Numbered from the stretch's first letter, positions 19,948 to 28,594 are shown. The stretch is DNA of 64,000 bases from a bacterium (GCA_016124235.1 WGOC01000013.1:153416-217415); one strand, 5' to 3'. Translations and numbers: made by a program. The notes: a model not told the origin generated them from the letters alone.

Positions 19948-19994
19948 AACCACGAAATGTAATCAATCCAAGGGAGAAGCGCCACGAAGTTTTT

Positions 19995-20119
19995 AGTGAA
20001 CGTCAGGCTTACCGACCGACCCAGCCAACGGGCACTGCCGGTCAACCCAAGGTCCGATCAGTCGTGAGTCTCCAATCGGCATCACGGGCCGGCGGATTTG
20101 CTAAAGCAACCGGTTCGCG
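19995..20119 (-). mobile_element. attC-like site
   Basis: Minus strand CGCGAAC...GGTCGGTAAGCCTGAC GTTCACT; the terminal AAC/GTT cores are complementary; 125 bp. Confidence 0.65.
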
Positions 20120-20134
20120 GTTCTTTAGTTGATG

Positions 20135-20257
20135 GGCGGCGGCTTGCGGTGGAACACGATCATCGGGCCCGTGCGCGTGGAATATGGTTACAACCTGAAC
20201 CGCCGCACGTTCGATCCCGAGGGCACGCTGCACATCGCCATTGGCTTTCCGTTCTGA
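20135..20257 (+). pseudogene. Orphan duplicate of the tamA 3' end (40 codons + stop)
   Basis: Translates to GGGLRWNTIIGPVRVEYGYNLNRRTFDPEGTLHIAIGFPF*, identical to the TamA C-terminus; 15 of 123 nt differ, all synonymous. Confidence 0.92.
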
Positions 20258-20258
20258 T

Positions 20259-20404
20259 CGTCAACGGCAAAGGCATGGGCTTTCGGTTGTGCTGGAAGTT
20301 TACAACAGAATTACCAGGTCAATCCACTGGACTCGTTTAACCTCGGATGGCTTCGACGCTCATTCTCCACTCAGTCGGTCAATGCGTTGGCCGTTTCGTT
20401 CGGC
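20259..20404 (-). mobile_element. Heavily decayed attC-like site (homologous to 18860..19008)
   Basis: Begins GCCGAAC just after the TAA of the 20406..20777 gene and ends GTTGACG next to the tamA-tail stop; internal pairing is weak. Confidence 0.4.
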
Positions 20405-20405
20405 A

Positions 20406-20777
20406 TTACTGTTTGTGAAATACCAACTCATTGGTCTTGCCGTAAGCACTTAGTACTACCAATCGCTGAACATCGATACTCACGACCTTGTTGCTCTCCA
20501 CACCAAACGGTTCGCCTGAGGCAGCCGCATTCGTGATACTCGAAATGATCATCCCCTGCTTGACCTGCCAAACTCCGACGAAAGTCAGGGAATTGGTGAG
20601 ATTCACCGTGAACTTGGATACACAGGTGCCGTCCGCTTTGTGCTCGATAATCTTTGAGGGATCCCAATCCGCCACCCAGGTTCCCACAAGTTGCCGACGT
20701 ATTTGCGCGTCGCTTTGCCAATTACTGCAACCGCTCAGACCCGCGGCCAGTACGGCAACTGCCAAGATAAGTTTCAC
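20406..20777 (-). CDS. Small lipoprotein, putative gene cassette
   Basis: MKLILAVAVLAAGLSGC lipobox; LVGTW lipocalin-like start; flanked by attC-like sites. Confidence 0.75.
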   Translation of the reverse strand: MKLILAVAVLAAGLSGCSNWQSDAQIRRQLVGTWVADWDPSKIIEHKADGTCVSKFTVNLTNSLTFVGVWQVKQGMIISSITNAAASGEPFGVESNKVVSIDVQRLVVLSAYGKTNELVFHKQ

Positions 20778-20793
20778 GATCGTTTCTTGCTAT

Positions 20794-20919
20794 GCCGAGT
20801 GACCCGGTTCACCGACCGCCTACGGAAGTCGCCGTCAGCCGCGAATTCACTGTCCAGAGAACCCTACGCATCGAATCAGACGTGCGCGGCGGCAGTTCGT
20901 GTGCATCGGATTATTCGGC
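20794..20919 (-). mobile_element. attC-like site
   Basis: Minus strand GCCGAAT AATCCGATGCAC...GGTCGGTGAACCGGGTC ACTCGGC; the upstream gene's stop overlaps R''; 126 bp. Confidence 0.65.
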
Positions 20920-21390
20920 CCTTTTTGTTCTGAGTGGAACCTTCTTAAGAACGTAGCGGCTCGGATAGCTGGCAAAAGTCTTCGGTAGAGCGGCGTTGTC
21001 GGTGCCGTACGAAGCCAGCGTGAACGTCCCATCTTCAATCTTGAAGATAGCCCCTACCACTTCGCCTTTGGCAACACCGTTAGCACTTTCTTTGATTGTG
21101 GCGTGCAGCTGATTTGGGTCCGTGCCTGTCGAAAGAGTGAAGTTCGTATCAAACCAAAAATCCTTGTCCCGATGGAAATGGAGAGAATTGCCAGTGATCG
21201 TGATGGTGATTTTCTTATGCGACGTATCGCCGACATCGAACCCCTCCCATGTTCCTTGAAGAAGTTGCAGTTCCGAAGTAGTCGTTCGATCGCCCCCACA
21301 ATTGGCGTCGACGGTGAGTTGTTCGGCAGATTGAGCGATGAAACACGTGCTGAGGCAGACGATTGTGATGATCAATCGAAAACGCTTCAT
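20911..21390 (-). CDS. TIGR03067-like secreted protein, putative gene cassette
   Basis: Signal peptide MKRFRLII...; ELQLLQGTW, AIFKIEDGTFTLA and PKTFAS motifs. Confidence 0.75.
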   Translation of the reverse strand: MKRFRLIITIVCLSTCFIAQSAEQLTVDANCGGDRTTTSELQLLQGTWEGFDVGDTSHKKITITITGNSLHFHRDKDFWFDTNFTLSTGTDPNQLHATIKESANGVAKGEVVGAIFKIEDGTFTLASYGTDNAALPKTFASYPSRYVLKKVPLRTKRAE

Positions 21391-21480
21391 ACCTTCAGTG
21401 TTTAGGCGGCTAGCCTTTGGAGCTTCGGAGGGAGTTTTCAAGACTTAGCAAGTTGCACGTCACCACGGCGCGAACGCAAA

Positions 21481-21609
21481 AGCTGACGGCGAGATCAGAC
21501 ACTGGCTCGGAAGCCGTGGTGACGATACTCAGTTGATGGTTCAAGTTTCACGACAAGGTAACGAATCGCGCCGGCATAAGCCAGTTGTCCTGGATCGATT
21601 TTGTTAGCC
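21481..21609 (-). mobile_element. attC-like site (best preserved)
   Basis: Minus strand GGCTAAC (contains the TAA stop)...GATCCAGGACAACTGGCT pairs with AGCCAGTGTCTGATC with three extrahelical bases...GTCAGCT; 129 bp. Confidence 0.75.
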
Positions 21610-21987
21610 CTTCAGCTCATAGTAGTCCTCTCCATAACTTGGCAAATCTAGTGGTGGTGACTCCAAAGGCCAACCGAATGATTTTAGGCATCCACGAGCT
21701 AAGTGTCGGATAGAAATCCAATGAGGAGAGCTAACCAAAGCCTCCTCTCGCCAGTGCTCAACGTTTGTCGGTCCGGAAAAAGATGCAAACGCTGCATGCA
21801 ACGCATCTAAGCTCGCCGTCTGCTCAGGTGTGAGTGCGACACCAGTGGCGACAAGATGCCGTTTGGCTTGGCAAAATCTCTCGGGTAATTCGGCGGGCGG
21901 CTGCAACCAAACTTTTAAGAGACGTTTCTGGAAACCAGCAGACTGTGCCAGCGCTTGGAGAGAGTATTTCAGCGCGTCGGCATTCAT
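21604..21987 (-). CDS. Hypothetical protein, putative gene cassette
   Basis: 127-aa ORF with lower GC; preceded by TTAGCCC, complementary to its own downstream GGGCTAAC. Confidence 0.7.
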   Translation of the reverse strand: MNADALKYSLQALAQSAGFQKRLLKVWLQPPAELPERFCQAKRHLVATGVALTPEQTASLDALHAAFASFSGPTNVEHWREEALVSSPHWISIRHLARGCLKSFGWPLESPPLDLPSYGEDYYELKG

Positions 21988-22349
21988 GGGGCTAAAGTAT
22001 TAATAACCTACATTCAACAGCGGTTATCCCGGAAAGAGCGTGGCGACTCAACGACTGGTTGATTCCCTCTCTCCGATTTCATTTTTTGAGGGCTACGCTT
22101 CCTCTTACTTTCTGTCAACCAAAGCCTTGCGAGCCTGCCACAAGCCGTTGCATTCACATCATCATCCGGACCAACTCAGAGAACTCGCTTTCGCCGCGGC
22201 GTGGGCAATACACGCGTTCGACAGATGCACAGGTTTTCCAATCGGATTTGTGACTCCTTCGCGTGCCAGCCGCCACGCGTTCCGGTTGATTCAATTCCAA
22301 GGGAATCGTCTTTCGTCACACGTTCGCCACGCGAATCAATTTCGAAAAT

Positions 22350-22559
22350 TCAGCGACGCTTGACCGAAGCGTTCCAAGATTGCACACCCGCGAGGAGCCC
22401 GGCCGCCAGACCAATCCAGCCACGCCAGTCCATGAGGATTGAAACGGAACCGCTCTCGGGCCGTGAAATGAGTGAGGTCACAAAGGTCACCAGAAAGCTC
22501 ACCACAAAAAAGACGAAGACGAAGGAAATAACACCGACCAGATAACGGACCCATCGCAT
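22350..22559 (-). CDS. Small two-TM membrane protein
   Basis: Two hydrophobic segments; purine-rich GGGAAGGAA upstream. Confidence 0.55.
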   Translation of the reverse strand: MRWVRYLVGVISFVFVFFVVSFLVTFVTSLISRPESGSVSILMDWRGWIGLAAGLLAGVQSWNASVKRR

Positions 22560-22613
22560 GAAGGGCGTTGTTCCTTCCCCGTAATTAAAGTCAACGGCTA
22601 TGATGGAGCGCCG

Positions 22614-22994
22614 TCAGTCCCACTGTTCAACGCATTGCACCCCGCGATCGCCGTTCATCCAAACCCAGCCGACCTCGCGCGGGTTTTCGCCTTCTGTCCA
22701 GGCGGTGGCGTCCAGGCCGCGGCGCAGGAGGTTCAACAATTCCTGCTCCACATGATCAAAATGTATGCGCTTGATCGTGTGGCTGCCGTGTTCACTCCTC
22801 CATGTGAGCGTGCAATAAACCGGCCGCGTGGCCCCCGGTGGTGGGGTCATTTTCTCGCGTCGCAAACCGCGCTTGTCTGACACAAGCACTTTGCGAAACC
22901 ACGATTGAACCTGATTCCGAGGCATAACAATTTTCGCAATAGATAACCCGGCGGCGGCAAATATCAAGTCAGCACCAGCCGGTCGAGTCAGCAC
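22614..22994 (-). CDS. Hypothetical protein (start uncertain)
   Basis: 126-aa ORF co-oriented with and downstream of miaA; no recognised motif. Confidence 0.45.
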   Translation of the reverse strand: MLTRPAGADLIFAAAGLSIAKIVMPRNQVQSWFRKVLVSDKRGLRREKMTPPPGATRPVYCTLTWRSEHGSHTIKRIHFDHVEQELLNLLRRGLDATAWTEGENPREVGWVWMNGDRGVQCVEQWD

Positions 22995-23055
22995 TGAATT
23001 GCCACCAATTCACATAATATTGTCCGTCGCACCCGAAATCTTACACACATTTTTC

Positions 23056-24012
23056 TCAGGCTTGCCGGACTTGACCCAACAATGAAGCCACGACCGTAGC
23101 AGTTGAGCTGCCTGCTTCCAGATTCACCCAGGTCGGCAGCATTTGGTGACGCAACCAGGTCAACTGGCGCCGGGCAAACTGCCACGTCCGAGTTTTGACC
23201 AACTGAATCGTTTCCGGCAACGGGCGCTCGCCCTGCAAATGCTCCACAACTTGCCGATAACCAATGGCTTGCATCGCGGTTTTGTTTCCCGCCAGGCCGC
23301 GATTCAACAGCGCTTTTACTTCGTCGACCAACCCGGCCGAGAACATCTCATCGACTCGTAAATCGATCCGCGCTCGCAGGTCCGCCGGTTCGCGCGTGAA
23401 GGCGATTACGTGTCCCGTTCCGAGCCGAGCTTTCGCCCACGTGGCCTGCTGCTCAGAATAGGGCCGACCGGTCAGGCGGATCACTTCCAGCGCGCGAATA
23501 ACCCGTCGCGGGTTTTGTTGGTCGATTCGCGCGAACGTCTCCGGATCCGTTTGTTTGAGTTCCGCCAGCAATTCGCCCAAGGGCGCCGATTCCAATCGGG
23601 CGCGCAGCTCGGCATCGGCCGGCGGCGAGTGGCCAATTCCGAAAAGCAATGCCTTCAAGTAAAAACCCGTTCCACCACAGTAAATTGGAATTCGCTCACG
23701 GCTGCGAATCGCTGCGTCGGCCGCGTTGGCAAGCTCAACAAAACGGGCCGCGTCAAAGGATTCTTCAAGTCCGGTCACGTCGATCAAATGATGCGGCACT
23801 CGCGCGCGTTCGGCGGCCGAAGGTTTGGCCGTTCCAATGTCCAGCCCGCGATAAACCTGCATTGAATCCACCGAAATGATTTCGCCGCCCAGCTGCTCCG
23901 CCAGTTCGATGGCGATCGCCGATTTTCCGACCGCCGTCGGGCCGGTGAGGTACCAGGCTTCGGGCGCTTTGGCGGTGCCACCGAATGGGCGCGATGAGGG
24001 CGAAACGGTCAT
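23056..24012 (-). CDS. miaA: tRNA dimethylallyltransferase
   Basis: GPTAVGKS, SVDSMQVYRGLDIGTAKP, GGTGFY, AIGYRQ, FARRQLTW. Confidence 0.97.
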   Translation of the reverse strand: MTVSPSSRPFGGTAKAPEAWYLTGPTAVGKSAIAIELAEQLGGEIISVDSMQVYRGLDIGTAKPSAAERARVPHHLIDVTGLEESFDAARFVELANAADAAIRSRERIPIYCGGTGFYLKALLFGIGHSPPADAELRARLESAPLGELLAELKQTDPETFARIDQQNPRRVIRALEVIRLTGRPYSEQQATWAKARLGTGHVIAFTREPADLRARIDLRVDEMFSAGLVDEVKALLNRGLAGNKTAMQAIGYRQVVEHLQGERPLPETIQLVKTRTWQFARRQLTWLRHQMLPTWVNLEAGSSTATVVASLLGQVRQA

Positions 24013-24112
24013 GTTTTCGTGGAGCGGAAATTAACGGTCGCGCGCCAGAGTGTCAGTGCGATTCTCCGGCCTGGAGGCATGCTGTTGTTTGACTTAACCG
24101 CCGGCAACCCGT

Positions 24113-24802
24113 TTGATGGCGGGCATGCACAGGTTCGCTTTCACACGTGATTTACGCCTCCGTATCCTGGTTGGTCTGTTCACCGTGGCATTCGTTTTGC
24201 GCGGGATCACTGCAGACTCCACCAATGACTGGCAATCGCTCTTCGACGGCAATTCTCTCAAGGGCTGGAAGGTGACCGACTTTGCCGGCCACGGCGAAGT
24301 GAAAGCCAAGGATGGCGTGCTCACGATCGAAATGGGCGCGGCACTTTGCGGCGTCACGTACACAAATCCGGTTCCCAAGATCGACTACGAAGTTTCGCTC
24401 AAGGCGCGCAAAATTGCTGGTGGCGATTTCTTCTGCGGTCTCACCGTGCCGGTGAAGGACGAACACTGCACATTGATCGTCGGCGGCTGGGGGGGTGGGC
24501 TGGTTGGTATCTCGAGTATCGACGGCATGGATGCCTCCGAAAACGAAACCATGAGCGTCCTTTATTTCGAAACCGGCAAATGGTTCGACATTCGGTTCCG
24601 CGTGACGGCCGATCGTTTGACAGCGTGGATCGACAAGGAAGAAGTGGCCGACGTAAACATCAAGGGCCGTCGCATCAGCATGCGTCCCGGCGAAATCGAG
24701 ATTGCCGTTCCCTTCAGCATTTCGACCTACGCAACAACGGCAGAGATCAAGGATATCAAGATCCGCAAGGTGGACCCAAAATCTGTTACGCCCAAGAAGT
24801 AA
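24113..24802 (+). CDS. DUF1080 (3-keto-disaccharide hydrolase-like) secreted protein
   Basis: WQSLFDGNSLKGW, GGDFFCGLT, GGWGGGLVGISSIDG. Confidence 0.85.
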   Translation: MMAGMHRFAFTRDLRLRILVGLFTVAFVLRGITADSTNDWQSLFDGNSLKGWKVTDFAGHGEVKAKDGVLTIEMGAALCGVTYTNPVPKIDYEVSLKARKIAGGDFFCGLTVPVKDEHCTLIVGGWGGGLVGISSIDGMDASENETMSVLYFETGKWFDIRFRVTADRLTAWIDKEEVADVNIKGRRISMRPGEIEIAVPFSISTYATTAEIKDIKIRKVDPKSVTPKK

Positions 24803-24835
24803 CGGACCCGCGATGCTGGAACCTGCTGTTGGCGA

Positions 24836-25975
24836 ATGAGCCCCTCGTCAACCAATCGCGCCAAAGTGCCGTCGCAAAGTCAACTTGTTCGCCGGCTGCT
24901 TCGCTGGTTTGTGGCAAACGCGCGTGACCTCCCTTGGCGGCGCACGCTCGATCCTTACGCGATTTGGGTTTCGGAGATCATGCTCCAGCAAACGCAGGTC
25001 AAAACGGTCATCCCGTATTTCGAGCGATGGATGAAGGATTTGCCGGACGTCGCGAGTCTGTCGAACGTGCCGTCCGACCGCCTGCACAAACTCTGGGAAG
25101 GTCTCGGTTATTACACCCGGGCGCGCAACCTGCAGAAAGCCGCTCAAGCAATTCGTGATCAACACGGCGGCAAATTTCCGACCGACTTCGATTCGGTTCT
25201 CGCGCTGCCCGGCATCGGAGGTTACACCGCCGGCGCGATCACCAGCATCGCGTTTAATCAGCCGAATCCGATCGTCGATGGCAACGTGGTTCGCGTGCTC
25301 GCGCGGTTGTTCACCATCGGCGGCGATCCAAAAGACAAGTCGGCCAGGGAACAATTCTGGCAACTCGCGGAGCAATTGGTGCGGCACGCGCACCGGATGA
25401 AAAACGTTCTTCAGCCCGCTGATTCAGCGCTCGTGCTGGCCGGCAATTGTTCGGCGTTGAACCAATCCTTGATGGAGCTTGGCGCGACAATTTGCACGCC
25501 CGCAAACCCACAATGCGACATTTGCCCGGTCAAAAAATTGTGTCTCGCGCGCGCAACGAGTCGGATTGGTGACTTTCCGGAAATCAGTAAACGTGCCGCG
25601 ACCACCACTCGTCGATTCATCGCCTTCGTCATTCGACGCGGCGACAAGCTACTCGTCCGCCAACGGGCCGAAGGCAGCGTCAACGCGCATCTTTGGGAAC
25701 TCCCCAACGCCGAGATTCAGGTCAACGAACCTGAACCCGTCGTCACCGCCGCAACGGCGCTCCAACTCAAGTTGAACAACGTCGAACCGCTCGGCATGGT
25801 CCGACATAGCATTACTCGTTACCGAATCACGTTGGAATGCTTTACCGCAATTGCGACCGTCAGAATTCCCAAAACAACCGGCGTCTGGATTCCGACGAGC
25901 GAACTCAAAAATCTCGCTTTCACCGCCGCGCATTTGAAACTGCTAAAAATGGCCAACCTTCAAAACGATCGTTGA
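24836..25975 (+). CDS. mutY: A/G-specific adenine glycosylase
   Basis: RDLPWR, VSEIMLQQTQV, WEGLGYY, LPGIGGYTAGA, DGNV, Fe-S cysteines C.P.NPQCDICP...C, NUDIX-like tail. Confidence 0.96.
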   Translation: MSPSSTNRAKVPSQSQLVRRLLRWFVANARDLPWRRTLDPYAIWVSEIMLQQTQVKTVIPYFERWMKDLPDVASLSNVPSDRLHKLWEGLGYYTRARNLQKAAQAIRDQHGGKFPTDFDSVLALPGIGGYTAGAITSIAFNQPNPIVDGNVVRVLARLFTIGGDPKDKSAREQFWQLAEQLVRHAHRMKNVLQPADSALVLAGNCSALNQSLMELGATICTPANPQCDICPVKKLCLARATSRIGDFPEISKRAATTTRRFIAFVIRRGDKLLVRQRAEGSVNAHLWELPNAEIQVNEPEPVVTAATALQLKLNNVEPLGMVRHSITRYRITLECFTAIATVRIPKTTGVWIPTSELKNLAFTAAHLKLLKMANLQNDR

Positions 25976-25983
25976 GCCGATGG

Positions 25984-26007
25984 GTAGGGCGACGGTGCTC
26001 CATCGCC
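25984..26007 (+). repeat. Single GTAG-type REP-like hairpin
   Basis: GTAG + GGCGACGG-TGCT-CCATCGCC just after the mutY stop. Confidence 0.4.
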
Positions 26008-26087
26008 AAGGGCACGCGGCCGTTTCTTTCGAATGGCTAAATTTCTTCCACGGCCGTTCCGCGCGCGAAATGATTTACTTTGGCGTC

Positions 26088-26355
26088 TCACTTCGCTTCC
26101 GCCACCAACAGGTCCTTCACACCCGCCTCGTAGGCGAGTTCCTTCAATTTCTGCACCTGTTTCTGGTCAGACCGATCACGGTCAAAACGATTGCTCCAAC
26201 TACTCTTGTCAACAAACGACGCAGGACTCACGACCGTCCAACTGCCGGTGCGCACGTCGATAACAGCCAGTTTCAAGCGCAGTCGCATCGCCGGCATTCA
26301 TTTCGGCCACGAGCTCCTGATCGGAGCGCGAATCTTCCTGAGGGAAATCGCTCAC
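26088..26355 (-). pseudogene. Probable chimeric remnant: ECF-sigma-like N-terminus joined out of frame to the C-terminus of another gene
   Basis: VSDFPQEDSRSDQELVAEMNAGDATALET in one frame; MRLRLKLAVIDVRTGSW...DQKQVQKLKELAYEAGVKDLL in another. Confidence 0.5.
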
Positions 26356-26474
26356 CGGATGATTTGATCGATCGCAGACCAGCATGCTTGCGGTGAGTTC
26401 AGCGGGCAAGCCGGTCGAAAGGTTCAAAGTTTCTGCTTGGTTCTTTGACTCGGGCGCTTTGTGATCGCCCGACG

Positions 26475-26852
26475 ATGAACGCTAAACTGGCTTTTCGCAT
26501 TGCCGCCGCTCTGGGATTTCTGGCCGTCGGCCTCGGCGCATTCGGCGCCCACGGATTGAAGAATTTACTGACCGAGAACGGAACCGTGGAGATTTGGGAA
26601 AAGGCAGTCTTCTACCACTTCATTCACACGGTGATGCTTTGCGTGCTGGCTTCGCGCACAAACTTCACGCGCGGCCCGTGGATGAGCTTCCTTATTGGCA
26701 TCATCATTTTCTCCGGTTCTCTCTACTTGCTGGCGCTGACCAACATTCGCTGGCTCGGCGCCATCACCCCATTTGGCGGAGTTGCTTTCCTCGTGGGTTG
26801 GGCATGGCTGGCGATTTGTCCGGCCGCCAACAATCCCGAGCCGGTCGATTGA
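26475..26852 (+). CDS. DUF423 (YgdD/TMEM256) membrane protein
   Basis: AVGLGAFGAHGL, YHFIH, FSGSLYLLAL, GAITPFGG. Confidence 0.92.
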   Translation: MNAKLAFRIAAALGFLAVGLGAFGAHGLKNLLTENGTVEIWEKAVFYHFIHTVMLCVLASRTNFTRGPWMSFLIGIIIFSGSLYLLALTNIRWLGAITPFGGVAFLVGWAWLAICPAANNPEPVD

Positions 26853-26885
26853 CTCGATGCTCAGTGACCCGCTGCGGTTCATTCA

Positions 26886-27284
26886 CTATTCCGGACGCCG
26901 AACGGGCAACGGAATTCCCGCTTCGCGAAGGGCCTTTTTTACTCGCGCCAGGAGTTCCACCGGGCTGAAGGGTTTGACCATGTAATCCGCCGCGCCTTGA
27001 TCGAGACCGGTTGTGATGTCGGCATCAGTGCGCCGGGCGGTCAACATGATCACGGGAATCTTCTTCAGATCGGGTGTGGATTTCAGGTGCCGCAGCACTT
27101 CGAATCCATCGAACACCGGCATCATGCAATCGAGGATGATCAGGTCGGGACGTTCCTTCCACGCGAGGTCGAGAGCCACTTCGCCATCCGCCGCCGATAC
27201 CGTCTCAAAGCCCGCCTGCTGCAGTTGGAATTCGAGCAATTCCACCAGCAGTTCCTCATCATCCGCTATGAGTAGTTTGGCCAT
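26886..27284 (-). CDS. Single-domain response regulator
   Basis: LIADDE, PDLIILDCMMP, MLTA, DYMVKPFS; no output domain. Confidence 0.92.
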   Translation of the reverse strand: MAKLLIADDEELLVELLEFQLQQAGFETVSAADGEVALDLAWKERPDLIILDCMMPVFDGFEVLRHLKSTPDLKKIPVIMLTARRTDADITTGLDQGAADYMVKPFSPVELLARVKKALREAGIPLPVRRPE

Positions 27285-27388
27285 CGGCGGGCGAATCATA
27301 GGTACGGGTGGACTTACGGTCAACGCACGGGGGCCACACGTTGATCCCCCTTCAAAACCAGCGGCGGGTTAAAACGCTGAAACGCGGC

Positions 27389-28594
27389 TCAAGCAGTCGT
27401 GGGCACGGCTGTTGGTCGACCAAATCCAATCAGCCACTTGATGCAGCGCCAAATCGACATGATTGCGCGCAACAATCCAATTTCACGCTCGGCTCCGAAT
27501 TGGTAGATCTGCGTCACTTCTTCCTCATGCCCGCGATAACGCGGCGGCAGAGTAAACACTTCCTCCGAATCATCATTGTCCGCCGTTCGCAAAATCCGCC
27601 GCAAGAACAGCCCTCGTCCCACGGCATAATCGCCAGGCGCCAGCTTGACCTGGCGCGCCGGCATCACCAGCCAGGGCTTGAACTGAAAGATCAGTGTTCC
27701 GTCATCCTCGCGCGTCAGCGTTCCGTACGTGCGAATCGGGGCGCGATCAAACGCCTGCGCCGTGAACATCCAATTCGTTTTCGGGTCCGGTTTGAATCGT
27801 TTGCGGCGACGCGTGAAAAAGTCCCAGCAAAAGATCACCCCAAACACACCGGCGCGAAACGACCAACCGGCGATGAACGTCGCGACCAAAAGGATTCCCA
27901 ATGAAAAAACCACCCCGACCGTCGGGCTCACAAAATTGGTCCCGACCACGAGCGAGAGCAAAAACATGCGGAACGATTTCAACGCCAGATCCACGACTGA
28001 AAATGGGCTGATCAAAATCAGAATGTTGATCGCGTGAGCGGCGAGCCAGATGATGAAAAATGCGATCACGGCGAACGGCTTCAATAGGACATTCAAAATC
28101 GCGTTCATGTCGATCGTGGCAAACATCAGACCCGGCGCCACCAATTGATGCGCTTCAGAGCCACTCATGCTCGGCAAAAAATTGGCCGCGATGGGAATGA
28201 ACGCGCCGGCCGCCACCAATCCGCTGACCTTGCTTTCGACGGCTTCGAGCACATCAAAAGGTTGCTTGAGCGAATCCGGAATTGCCGCCCCACCGACGTC
28301 CTTCACGAAGACGAGGCCGACCACAATCAATGCCGGCAACCAGAACAACGGACGCGCATACCACGGGAGTTCAGGCTTCTTTTCCTTCGGTGTGTCAAAA
28401 TAGGTCCACGCACCGTACGCGCCCACACCGAGCAACGGCGAGATGGCCACTCCGATGATCATGGTGATGGTTTTGGCGATCTCCAAACCAACGGTCGGTT
28501 CGGTAGATTTCTTAGGCTTGCTGGCCGCGAAAGTCGAAGGCGCAATCGCAAGCAACATCCCGGCGACCAAAAACAGAGAAAGGACGCGACGCAT
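27389..28594 (-). CDS. Hypothetical integral membrane protein
   Basis: Signal peptide, several TM segments, soluble C-terminal domain. Confidence 0.75.
   Translation of the reverse strand: MRRVLSLFLVAGMLLAIAPSTFAASKPKKSTEPTVGLEIAKTITMIIGVAISPLLGVGAYGAWTYFDTPKEKKPELPWYARPLFWLPALIVVGLVFVKDVGGAAIPDSLKQPFDVLEAVESKVSGLVAAGAFIPIAANFLPSMSGSEAHQLVAPGLMFATIDMNAILNVLLKPFAVIAFFIIWLAAHAINILILISPFSVVDLALKSFRMFLLSLVVGTNFVSPTVGVVFSLGILLVATFIAGWSFRAGVFGVIFCWDFFTRRRKRFKPDPKTNWMFTAQAFDRAPIRTYGTLTREDDGTLIFQFKPWLVMPARQVKLAPGDYAVGRGLFLRRILRTADNDDSEEVFTLPPRYRGHEEEVTQIYQFGAEREIGLLRAIMSIWRCIKWLIGFGRPTAVPTTA

Noticed and set aside
18736-20257. Diversity-generating retroelement (template/variable repeat pair at a gene 3' end)
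   Set aside because: The differences are not adenine-specific, all are synonymous, and no reverse transcriptase is in the window.
18860-21609. CRISPR array or simple tandem repeat
   Set aside because: The spacers between elements are whole genes, the elements are 120-150 bp imperfect palindromes rather than identical 25-45 bp repeats, and there are no cas genes.
22040-22545. Plus-strand ORFs as a possible integron integrase
   Set aside because: They are short and show no tyrosine-recombinase R-H-R-H-Y motifs.
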